Positions 12,691-24,069 of a stretch of DNA of 64,000 nucleotides are shown in pieces; position 1 is the first letter of the stretch, and each line of letters begins with the position of its first letter. The DNA is from Rhina ancylostomus. Lineage: Eukaryota. The position numbers were made by a program, and so were the translations under genes. Where the stretch lies: assembly GCA_030265395.1 (NCBI GenBank), contig JARFYF010000104.1:35755089-35819088 (forward strand), written 5' to 3'. The notes below the pieces were generated by a model that saw only the letters and a program-made list of their open reading frames with translations, made no database searches and was not told the origin of the DNA.

Positions 12691-14734
12691 AAAATATACG
12701 ATAGAGGCATTCCAAGAAAACGGTCTGTATCCCAATATTACATTGCGCGAAGCTTTAGCATCTCTGCATGAGCTGAGAAATGCAAGTTGAAAGAAAAATT
12801 GTGTTTCTTTATTTTGTTTATATTTCCACATAAGAACTTCATGCCACATCTCAAATTTTTGGACAAAGATTAATGAATTCTGTAAGGACAAATTTCCATA
12901 AACCGAATAGCCATAACATGGAGATTGCTTGCACTGTGTTCCAGAGGGCTGAGGTTAGATGGGATTGGGGTGGGGGGAGGTGGGGGAAAGAGGAAATGGA
13001 TTAGTTTGAGCACGATGATGACAAGCTTAAACCTGAGGCGATGAAGAAGGAGGCAAGAATGAAGGTCAGACAGCCTGGGTGCGGTGGTTATGGTGCAAAT
13101 TAGGATGCAGAGGGCCAGAAGAAAAGTTGAAGGAGAGAAAACAATGGGAGTCTGACAAGAATAAGTACGTCAGCATGGATGTGAAATAATGATGAGGAAG
13201 GGTTCAGCAGCAGATGGGCTGTGGCAGGAACACAGATCAGAGGCTCCCTTGAACTAATGCCCATGGTTGGCTTTCATACTTTACTGAGACAAGTGAAAGG
13301 AAGGGTAATAATGGACCGGATGCTAAACTTTCCAGTTCACAGGCGGACTTCCTCCTGTTGATACCTGCTGATTTTCTGAATCAGGAATCCGTTTCAAAGC
13401 TCAAAATCACTTCAGGAAAGTTGATGCACTAAAGGAAATATAGTGCTCACTTAATTAACCTCAGCCTTTGTCTCCACCCAGACTTGTTCCCACTCACATT
13501 TCTCTTCCAAAGCCTGAAGATAAATTGCTGGAAATTCCAGAATCTGGGTTACAGACAAGAAGCCAAATAACATTAGCCACTGATTCCCCGAAGCTGTAAA
13601 GGTCAGCTCAGTGTGTTGTTTCATTGTAGATGCCTTAAGCCAGACAATTAAAAAGAGTTATACTCTCCCCAGTCACAAATTATTGAAAGTGGATCTTTTT
13701 GGTCAGACTGCACCTCACTCAAGCTCACTGGTTTAATCAGATGCAGTTTGGAATGTACAGTGGGAAAGCACATGTCACAGAAAGGACTGGTGGCCACATT
13801 GCAGGTATCAAAAGGGAAAAGAAAGCCTTGAAAATTAGAAAACAAAACTCCTTTATTGAGTCAGTTCTGTCATCTAATATCTAGGTTATCTGAAGTGACA
13901 GATGTGATTACAAATCTGTCAGTGCATCAGGCAATTGAGCAGTTGATGGGGATTGAGAGAAAGGTACAGTTTGCACACAAAACCACATGCAAAACACTGT
14001 CCCTGCTATCACACCTTGCCTAAAATACATCAGCCTAGAAATTCAGTGGTATGGTACATGTTTTCTTTGTATGTCAAACAAACTGAGATATGCACACATA
14101 AAAAATCACTCCCCTTCTCTGGCCCTGGAAACAATTCTCAAGGTACCCTTTGCAACACCAGCTGAGTGCAGTGTTTTATGTGCCAAACCTTCACTAAGCC
14201 TTGCTTTTTAATGAATTAGCCAAGTCACAGGGGCTGCAGCCTCCTCTCTGGGTTGCTGGCTCTGTTCTTCCCACAGCCAGTCTTAACTAGGGTGGAGGTG
14301 TAGGTGGAATCTCACTGGGCCTCTGGATCCTGCAGGCATCTAGCAAGGCCTCAACAGCAGGAAGAATTGTCCCAAGGCTCCAATCCTAATATACCCCTGA
14401 GCCTCACTTCCTGTCAAAGCTTGCCACAGGATTTAAAGGGTTTTAATTGGTGAAGATAATAATAATGCAATTTGGGCAGACTGAAGTGGGAACTCCCTTC
14501 AACTGAACAAGATGGACAAAGGCTGTGGAATTGCACTGCATGGGGTTGTCTGATGTTAACAGAACGACAAATAAAGTGAGTACTAAACAAGTGCAATGCA
14601 AGCTGGACAAATTTCAGAGTTAAGAGATCCTTTAGTTCTTTATGCATGCACTTATTTGACATCAAGGCTCCAGCTCATAAAGGTGACCTGATGACTGATT
14701 CACATAACAGGCACTTGGGAAAACCATGAGCTGT

Positions 14735-14930
14735 GGGTTCCCTTTCACCATCCTGACTTGGAAAGAGATTACCATTCCTTCATCATCACTGGGTCTAAAT
14801 CCTGGAACTATCCTGTCAATCACAGTGCTGGAATAGCTACACCAGAAGGACAGCAGTGGTTCAAGAAGGTGGCTCTCAAAAGCACTTTAGGACATATAAT
14901 CAGTGCCCATAATTCCCAGATCCTGGAAAA
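14735..14930 (+). mobile_element. CR1-clade LINE/SINE 3' end
   Basis: CCATCCTGACTTGGAAA...TTCCTTCATC..CACTGGGTCTAAATCCTGGAAC...GCAGTGGTTCAAGAAGGTGGCTC; same family as 6110-6275. Confidence 0.6.
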
Positions 14931-15069
14931 TTAATGATTTTTTACAAAAAGCATCTGAAGTCAGCTGCATCTGACCACCCAAGTGGTTGATTAAGTGACC
15001 TGGGTCCTCCCTCCACATTTCCAGCGAGTGAGCCACTACACAAACATTGAATTCTCTAATCTCAGATGA

Positions 15070-15236
15070 ATAGAATTTTAGAATAATACAGCATGGAAGC
15101 AGGCCCTAAGGCCTAACTCATCCACGTCAACCATGGTGCCCACCAAGCTAGTCGCATTTGCCCGTGTTTGGCCCATATCCCTCTAAACCACTCCTATCCG
15201 TGTACTTATCCAAATGTCTTTTAGATGTTGTTATTA
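15070..15236 (-). mobile_element. CR1 (HER1-like) 3' tail
   Basis: ACAGCATGGAAGCAGGCCC...GGCCCATATCCCTCTAAACC, homologous to the tails at 18.4, 38.3 and 62.0 kb. Confidence 0.75.
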
Positions 15237-15239
15237 ACA

Positions 15240-15742
15240 TGCTCCCCCTCTGAACCTTTTCTCTCTCCTCCCAATATACCCAGTGCTTACACTCACCCAG
15301 ACCCCCTTATCCTCTTTCCCCTCCTCCACCCACTCCATCTGCCCATTGCCCACACACTCCCTCGACTGATTCCCTTCCTCTGCTGTTCTCATCTGCCCTC
15401 CCTACCTCCCTCCTTCTATACAATGCTCCACCTTCCTTTCCTATCAGATTCCATCATTTGCAGCCCTTTGTCACCTCTGCCTATCACCTCCCAGCCTCTG
15501 ATGCTATTTCTACTCTTACCTCCTCCATCTGCCATCACCCCTCCTCAGCTAGAACCACCTTTGGCCTGCCAGCTCTTGTTCTACCCCTCAAATCTTTATA
15601 CTGGCTATCTCCCCTCTTTCCGTCCAGATGAAGGGTCTCAACCCGAAAAGTTGACTTCCCATTTCCCTCCACAGACCCGCTAAGTTCCTCCAACATTTTG
15701 TTTGTTGCTAAAGACTCCAGCATCTGCAGTCTCTCATGTCTC
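15240..15742 (+). mobile_element. Penelope-like element pLTR/3' region with a hammerhead remnant
   Basis: Pyrimidine-rich tract, then GTCCAGATGAAGGGTCTCAACCCGAAAAGTTGAC and ...CTCCAGCATCTGCAGTC. Homologous to 24070-24905, which carries a Penelope ORF end. Confidence 0.8.
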
Positions 15743-16942
15743 CACTAGAACTGCAAGCTGCAGTTTGCCTGAGGGATTTCTAGATGAGAGCTGTATGGGC
15801 CTGGCTTTGTTGCATGTTGGTATTGGGAAGAACCCTGCTTTCTATGTGAAGCCACACTGTTTTGTTGCACTCACCCAATGAAAATGTCTCAACTGCAGTT
15901 TTCAATCACATAGCACTTAAAAATCAAGCATGTGTGATAGATTAGGCCACAGTGTGTAGATGATTTACCAGTCATGTAATGGAACACCTGAGTTTGTTTC
16001 AAATTAAGCTTTCCAAGAAACATGGTTCAAAAGATGACTTAGGATACCACTTGTTTATGGCAAATAAAATTCAAATTGGGAAGGCAAGGAGAAAGCATTT
16101 TTTAATGGTTTCATCCACTCTAAACATAGCAAATCAGCAAATATGCCAATGTTTCTGTATCAGATATGTTATCTGATCTCAGACATCCTAGCTTCACAAC
16201 AGATTCAAAGTACACTGGCTGAATGTTCAATACTCCTAAGCCCGTTGCAACTCGGCACTTTGCAGTCTGTGCACTGGGACAGAGATGTGTGCAGTGCAGG
16301 GTCCAAGTCCCGTCTGAACACAACAAGGAGTCTTGCTTCCCCTTGAGCCATTGGGTAAACTGTGTTCACAGTTTCCTAAATGTCTGACATGCAACATCAA
16401 TACCATTTCAATAACATGCAATTCCCTTTTCAAATTCCTCAAAGTCAATCAATACCACACTGCAGAAGTGATGCTCCTGCAAGGAAGAAGGAAACTCCAG
16501 ATTCCTTCTTCCTCCTTTCAGTTCAAAAGAGATAGCCATTCGTAGCTGGATGCAAAACCAGTTGGCAGCTCCCTCAGGAGAAAAATGCTATTGCAAGTGA
16601 AAGTGGGGAACACCCTGAATGGAAAGAAAGGAAAACCATTTTGACTACAAAAATTAAATGAAAATATCAATGAATTAAAACAATATTTGCAGATGAATAA
16701 ACATTTGGTTCTGATAGAGCAAGAATGGTTCAGTTATCTTTTGATGGGGAGTCATAAGCTTCACTTTGATGTTGACTATTTCTTCCATCATGGCAATTTT
16801 CAATGGAGGCCTGGAAATGCTTCCACTCAGGGAGAGGCGCATTAAATGTGTTGGTCTTGACAGTCCAGCACATATGAGAGGTACAAGAGATGTCTGATAG
16901 CCCAAATAGCATTCACTAATCAATTATCTTATTTTGTTTTGA

Positions 16943-17047
16943 AGTCCTAATGCAGGGTTTTATCCCAAAACGTTGACAAATCCTTTCCTCCCGTGGATGC
17001 AGCATGACCCGCTGAGTTCTTCCAGCAGATTGTTTGTTAGTCCAGCA
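16943..17047 (+). mobile_element. Penelope-like pLTR fragment
   Basis: AGTCCTAATGCAGGGTTTTATCCCAAAACGTTGAC...GACCCGCTGAGTTCTTCCAGCAGATTG...TCCAGCA. Confidence 0.75.
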
Positions 17048-18059
17048 CATAACTTGTGAGGTAACCACTACTAAACTCTACTGCACATTGGGCCCAAGGC
17101 ACTGGGAGAGTAGAACTCAAAGGCCTTTTCTCTGGTTGCCTCAAAGACCTTTTCTCTGGTTGCTTCACCACCATAGTAAACACACACATTAGTTCACATC
17201 AATGTTAAACCTTCATCAAATTAATTCACTGAGGATATTCATTAACAATGAAATGCTATTTCAGCCTCTTAAGTTATTGTGGTCTTGCCTTCATGAAAAA
17301 AAATGATTACCAAATATTATTTTTGGACACTTGTGGAAAAGAACCACAGAATTGTGGCTGATTTCCACTTCTGTAATGAAACATGCAAAAAATTGAACCA
17401 CATTTGCAAGCGAGGAGAGAATTTCTGTATCCATTTCATGAAGCCAAGAGCTCTTGAGTACCTTCCTTCAAAACTCATTTGGGTTCTGACAGTAACATTC
17501 TTGCTGCCAAATTTAAGCAATTGAGAACACAAACTGCGACAAAACAGGCAGTGTTGACTGCATATCAGATTTTCCCCATTCCATATTTATGGTCAGTTGA
17601 AAACAAAAGTGAGTCATAGATCACAAATAACGCACAAAACAAAGCAGATTCCAGCAGACTACTTCTAATGTGAGAGCTCCTGTTGTGCGCAATGGTCTTC
17701 ACAACAATGCTTCATGATTTTCTACCTCCAGCCCTAGTTACACAGAATCATGTGCATCACAAGATATACCGTCCTTATCGGAGCACTGGAACATGGCACA
17801 ATATGAGACATTATTGTGTCATTATCACACTCTGGTGAACCAACAAACAGCCTTCACTAGTCAATTATCTTATTTTGTTTTGAAGTTACACCTGAACTAT
17901 ACAAATAGCCTTGTGCAGCTGGATCACAAACTCTGCTGCATTTGCAGTGGTTCCATGCCTCTCCTGGGCAACTGTCTGTAACTGAAACACATTGTTCATA
18001 TGCTTAGCTCTGCGTTTGATGTAGAGTTGAATTTCAGACCACAAAACCATGTGTTCACT

Positions 18060-18985
18060 GAGACCACCTACTTCACCTCTGAAACACTGCCCAATTCTGT
18101 CCCTACCTTCAACTACTGAATCCCTCATCCATATCTTTGTTACCTATTCCAACACATTGCTGTGCAACCCCTTCCGGTCTGTGAATGGTCCTAGTCTTTT
18201 TCCCAGGGGAGGAGAGTCTAAAACTAGAGGGCATAGGCTTAAGGTGAGAGGGGAAAAATTTAAAGGAGACCTGACAGGCAACTTTTTCCACACAGAGGGT
18301 GTTGGGTATGTGGAATGAGTTGCCAGAGGAAGTAGTAGAGGTGGGTACAATTGCAACAATTAAAAGGCATTCAGACAGTTACATGGATATGGGCTGAACA
18401 CAGGGAAATGGGACCAGCTCAAGTAGACAATTTGGTCGGCATGGTGAGTTGGGCCAAAGGGCCTGTTTCTGTGCTGGATAACTCTATGACTTTCCTCTCA
18501 TTCTGCTCGGTAAACCTGAGGTCAACCTTAACTCTGCTGCCCATGCCCGAACTGGCCCTACCATCCTCCCATCACTCGCTCCCTCGCTGACTGCTTAGCA
18601 AAGCTCACTGGCTTAGCAAAGCTGTGCTTCAGTTTTTAAACTGTTTCTTTATCTCTTTCCCCTCACCCCTCCCTATTTCTGAAATCACCTTGAGTTTGAG
18701 ATATTGTGTTCCTCTAATTCTTGTTCCTTGCTCTTCCTGAGTTTAGTCACTCTGCGACTCATTGTTATGGGACTACGATCAGGAGTTCCCTCCCTAAATC
18801 ACTGCCCCTGCCTCTGTATCTCTTCCTTCCTTAAGCCACTCCTTAAAACTTACCTTTTGACCTTAGGACTTGGTATCTGCCTGAATATCAACTTAGGTTG
18901 TGCAATGTCAATTGTTGATTGATAAAGGCATTTTGATCTACTTTGGGACTTTTTTCATATTTTCAAGGTCTGATATGAAAGGAAA
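18060..18985 (+). mobile_element. L2 LINE 3' fragment interrupted by a CR1 insertion
   Basis: TESLIHIFVT..YSNTLL (the L2 ETLIHAFVTSRLDYSNALL motif) before 18177. An NSAA...PIT..LAD..LHWL-like continuation and an L2-type tail follow 18492. Confidence 0.7.
18177..18492 (+). mobile_element. CR1 (HER1-like) 3' end nested in L2
   Basis: SLFPRGGESKTRGHRLKVRGEKFKGDLTGNFF; tail GGGCCAAAGGGCCTGTTTCTGTGCTGGATAACTCTATGACT. Confidence 0.9.
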
Positions 18986-19754
18986 TCTTTTAATGGGGTT
19001 AGATAAACATACGCCTTTGATCAGATTAGTTTCACACTTTTTCTTTTACACAACCTGAGAAGCAATGAGAGGTTATGCACTGCTCCTAAATAATTTCTTC
19101 TATCATGGGTTTAAGTTTTCCAATGCACTTAGAAATCCATTAATAGATGCCACTGTTACTTTTACGGTAACTTTACACTACTGTGAACGTCATGTAGACC
19201 TAGACACTGACTTGGTTGGGTAAACCTGAACAATGTTTAATTATGCACATTTGTGGTAGCAATGCAGTGGTGTCCCTGTTCTAGATGCAGTGAATATTTT
19301 CTTCAATGTCCAGATCTTGATAACTCCACCATGTAGTTTCTATGAACCTTATTGTTTTAGCTGCTATCCTAAAAATGTAAACATTGCAATTCAATTCCAA
19401 GTAGCTGGAATGTTAACTGAACTTTATTGGGAAAGCGTTGTATTCCTTCTCAGAAAAGTTCATCTTAAAGGTCAATTGGCTAATAAATAATTGAAGTTCA
19501 CAGGTTCACATTTTTTTTATTACAGCACTGCTGATGTTAACTTTTGTCTCACAGGCAGCTGCTTCTATGCTATTATATCATTACATTTAATGGAAAAGCA
19601 CTTAACTTTTCTATAATATGCATCATGACCGTCACAGCCAAAGAAACACAATTTAAGTATAGACACTGTTGCATTGCAGCTACTCAAGTTAAGCACATCA
19701 AGGTCACACAATCAGCAATGAGTTGGTGACCGGATATTCCTATTTAGGGGATTG

Positions 19755-20355
19755 TCAAGTCAAGTCCTGTTTACTGTCACATGCACAGGTACGGTGAGTT
19801 ACAGGTACAATGAAAAACTTGCTTTCAGCAACATCACAGACACAAAGGTACAGACAACACACAGAATATAAATTTTACATAAATTATACAAGATAGTGAA
19901 GAGAGAGAGGAAAAATAAAGACATTGCAAAAACAAGACCTTAGTGCAAGCAACAAACCACAATCAGAGACACATCCATGGTAGTGCNNNNNNNNNNNNNN
20001 NNNNNNNNNNNNNNNNNNNNNNNNNNNNNNNNNNNNNNNNNNNNNNNTAACAGTGGCAGGAAAGTAGCTATTCTTGAACCTGGTGGTGTGGGACTTCAGG
20101 CTTCTGCACCTCCTGCCTGACAGTAGCAGTGAGAAGAGGGCATGACTAGGATGGTGGGGATCTTTGATTATAGATGCCACCTTCTTGAGGCAGTTCCTCA
20201 TGTAGATGCTGTCAATGGTGGGGAGGGCTGTGCCTGTGATGTGCCTGTGTCCACTACTCTCTGCAGCCTCCTGCATTCCTGTGCATTGGAATTGCCATAC
20301 CAAGCCATGATGCAGTCAGGATACTTTCAACAGTGAATCTGTTCAAGTTTGTTGG
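19755..20355 (-). mobile_element. Rex-Babar-type LINE 3' portion
   Basis: ITGTALPTIDSIYMRNCLKKVASIIKDPHHPSHALFSLLLSGRRCRSLKSHTTRFKNSYFPA. Confidence 0.88.
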
Positions 20356-20439
20356 GGTATTTGTTCATCAGATAAAAATGGCTCAGCGCAACCAGAAAGT
20401 TTCCTTACTCTTCTTCAAATATATGATGGAATTTCTGAA

Positions 20440-20572
20440 CTTTAAACAAAATAGGGGCTTCCAACAACGTAGCATTCCCTTAGTAATGCTCTCAGATATC
20501 AGATTAGCTGTCTGCATTGGGTTTGAACACTTAACTTCCTGTTTGACATCCAGAGGTATTACTTAGACTGAG
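20440..20572 (-). mobile_element. SacSINE1-like 5' fragment
   Basis: CCAACAACGTAGCATTCCCTTAGTAATGC...GGGTTTGAACAC is a reverse-complement homolog of 9210-9310. Confidence 0.45.
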
Positions 20573-21124
20573 GTGGTTTGAATGGAATTTTGAATGACCA
20601 ACAACAGTATCCAAAAGAAGCCATTGTGGTAACCTTTCCCCTCACCACGGTTTTGTGTTTAAGTCTGGGCTGCTCTTGGGTTACACTTTTCCCTTGAATT
20701 TCTCCAAGCATCATCACTTCTTCTGCGCCAAATTAATTTACAATCCTTTGATGGCCTGTGACATCAAATGGTACCATTTGCTCAATAAAAATCCAGAACC
20801 TTTGAACATTCCCGTTAATGAGTTAACATGCGCCTTCCATCAAGTAGAGAAGTGCACGAAGCAAATCAGGTCATAAAATTAAACCTCAAATTTTTTATTA
20901 AGAACAGTTTGGGAAGGGTCAATCAATGCGGGAAACAAAGCCAGCAACCTACTGGTTACAAAAATTAATAAAATACAGCTCACTAAAATATTGCAAGAAC
21001 AGACGCATCCATTATATCTGTGCCTGCTATGTTCATTTGATAATTAAGTTACATAAATGTAACCAAATATGTATGCCTTATATTCAAAATGAACTATTCA
21101 CCAACAAAATAACTCCAACTGTCT

Positions 21125-21425
21125 AACTCAGAGAAAGATGGCATGGAAACAGGCCCTTTGGCCCACCAAGTCCACATCGACCATCAAGCACCTATTTACA
21201 CATCCTAATTAATCCCATTTTTTATTCTCCCCACATTCTCATCAATTCTTCCCAGATTCTATCATTCACATACACACTATGCATTGGAGAATTAACCCAC
21301 TGCATATCTTTAGCATGTGAGGAAGAAACCAGAGCAACTGGGGAAACCCATGTGATCACAGGGAGGGCACACAGACTCCACACAGACAGGCTATTAGAAG
21401 TTCAGCAGTGACCCAAGCCCATGGT
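21125..21425 (-). mobile_element. V-SINE (HE1-like) with CR1-derived tail
   Basis: V-domain (AAACCAGAGCA.CTGGGGAAACCCATGTGATCACAGGGAG...AGACTCCACACAGACAG on +) and tail GGAAACAGGCCCTTTGGCCCACC; homolog of 39535-39841. Confidence 0.8.
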
Positions 21426-21774
21426 CTTTTGAATGGTGTATCACTGAAGAATATACCAAATAAACCTTGGAGCAGTGTCTGGGTTAGGATGCTGAATGGG
21501 AGAGAGACCTGGCTGTCAAAAACTGGGTTGAGAGGGGTCATGAATCGGGATCATGAATCGGGATCAAGAGGAATCATGAATCAAGACACAGAGGCATCAG
21601 GGCCCGAAATGATTCAAGAGGGATCAAGGAGCCTTGGAAGGATCAGGAGGTAGCAAGATGGTTTGGTGTCTGGAAGGGTTAGAACCCATTCCACTTGAGA
21701 GGGATACATCCCCTGTCTGTAACCAAAATCTACCCCTCAGTCTATAGCAATAAGTCACTTAGCTCTTTCTGGGG

Positions 21775-21885
21775 AGTTTTTGTGGGTCCACTGGCTCCAC
21801 ATTTTCCATTACAACATTGACTTCACTTCACAAGTACTTCACTAACTGCAAAACACTGGAATATCCTGAGGTCATGAAAGATGGC
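21775..21885 (+). mobile_element. SacSINE1/L2-type 3' tail fragment
   Basis: CATTACAACATTGACTTCACTTCACAAGTACTTCA...TCCTGAGGTCATGAAAG. Confidence 0.55.
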
Positions 21886-24069
21886 ATATCTTTCATGAAA
21901 ATGTAAAGATATCCATAAAGATGGCATTTTTTTTCTTTTTAAAGCAGCTTCTGAACTTTTGCCAATAACACATTGTATTCTGCGGTTTCTGTTTTAACAC
22001 ATCAGGCAGACCATGGCCTGTTTAGCAAGTGCAAACAAAATTTTTATATGGAGGACAATCAGCACTGTCCTAGAATAGGATATGGAGTCATAAAGTTATC
22101 CAACAAAGAAACAGGCCCTTCAGCCCACCATGTCTCTCTTGACTCTCAAATGCTAAATTTATATTTAGTACAAATATATTTAAATTAATTTTGTAAAAAA
22201 TAAAGTGGGGTGACACAATGATGAAGCATCTGAATTTTTCTTTTCAATAAAGCTTTATATTTTCTTTAATGATATTCATTGTGCCTACCAACACTTCAAT
22301 AATGCAACAATTGTTAAAATTTGGGTACTTTTTGAAATAAGAATATCCTATCCCAATACTTGTAGAAACAAGTTTAATATAAATGCAGGTATAACACTCT
22401 AGAGTGTAAATGGAGCAATGGTCTGGGTTGAAAGCAAGAAGTCCACAATCAAGTAATATTGGCACACTGCAAGTTCATTCTTTACTGAAACTTTTGAAGT
22501 TCACAGCACAGAAGTAAACAATTTGGCCTTTGATGTTTCTGCAAGCACTTTGCCAGAGCAACTCAAAAATTAATGTCCCCCACCCCCCACCTGTTCACTC
22601 TCCAAAGCCTCCTTCTACTGCTGTATTGTATATCCACTTCATGTTAAAACAAAATGATCTCTACCTCAATTATCCTCAGAAGGTTGCATAGCATATAGAG
22701 GATATTTCTCCTAATCTCTCTTCTCACTCACTTAATAACAGTTAATCTGATTAGGACTGTAATTTCATCTGTTCTCTATGTATCACCTACATAGAACTAG
22801 ACTAGACATAGTATCAGACATTTATGTACATTGAAAGAAATGATCCATATATTTTGCATGTTGGTTGTCTCTTTAATTGCTTTTTGCTTCTACACACTAA
22901 GAAAATAAATAAAATGGCATGGTAGCCAATATCTATTGTTGGATGAGGATTGAACTGATTGAGGGACATAAAAAGATTCCACTTAACAGGATATTCCACT
23001 GCCAAATGGGCTTCATGTATGAAGGCTGCAAAATGATTAGTTTATGTATCTGGCTTTATTTTACTTTCCAAGATCCCATCATAATTGTAGCTCCCTTTTC
23101 AGAAATCTTTGGTTATTTAACTGTGCAATGGAAAGATGACATTTTACATAAATCAACGGCTTGAATTTGCTGAACACTGAAGGGCAAGGTAATTTGAGAA
23201 AGCCTGCTGCATTACATAAAGTCTTCTGCTAATTTATTTACGAAGTCATTCACTGTTACCCAGCTTTCTAGGAATTCCCTAGGCATCTACTGTGGTTACA
23301 AAATCTTAGTGAGATTATTTGGGAACACCATTTTTGCGACAATTCCAGCTCATCATTCTTGTGCAGCATGAAAGGACTCCAGCTGTTATGTCCAGGTGTA
23401 ATTTTCCATGTGTGCAGATGTAAAATGTGGACCAACATTACTGCTGTAACTTTTAACTAGAGAAACAAACCGATGAAATACTAGAGCATTACTAAAATTA
23501 GCTGTATTGAATTTCAAGATGCATCATCATTGGGAGTAGATTATATTTTTTCTGTTCTGAAGTTAGGTTCCAAGGGCGTCAGGTTTCCTCCTATACCTCA
23601 GAATTTTTCATGTGTGCACGACCTGGCAGTGAAAGATGGAAGGCTATTCCACTACAAGGTCTTCACTGCCAAACTTAATCGCACCCTCAGCCAAGGTCCA
23701 CACTTCCAACACTGCATGCTGGATACCTATTAGGCACAGGACCCTTGACTGATTTTCCTTGTCTAACCAAAAACACTGAAGCCAAGTATCCATCCTGGAG
23801 CCAAGATCAGCCAACTGAGAACACAGCAGAAATCAAATCCAGGGCACTCTCTGTCTGCATAACTTGGATTTTAACTGCACAAGTTTGCTAAGCACAGTTG
23901 GCTTGGGGAATGGCAATCCACTCTGTTGATCTGACTAGTTTCCAACTAACCTGAAACAAAGGTAAATAATAGTAGTTACTCCACTATCAGTCAGGACATG
24001 AGTCAGATGATCTGGCTCTAGACTGTGCTGTGGTGCATTGACAATGAACAGAATGATTGGATACTTCAG

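Noticed and set aside
15225-15683. 152-aa Pro/Leu/Ser-rich ORF
   Set aside because: Translation of the pyrimidine-rich Penelope pLTR tract.
23610-23900. Possible ancient tRNA-derived SINE on the minus strand (similar stretch near 13360-13620)
   Set aside because: Too degenerate to assign or delimit by eye.
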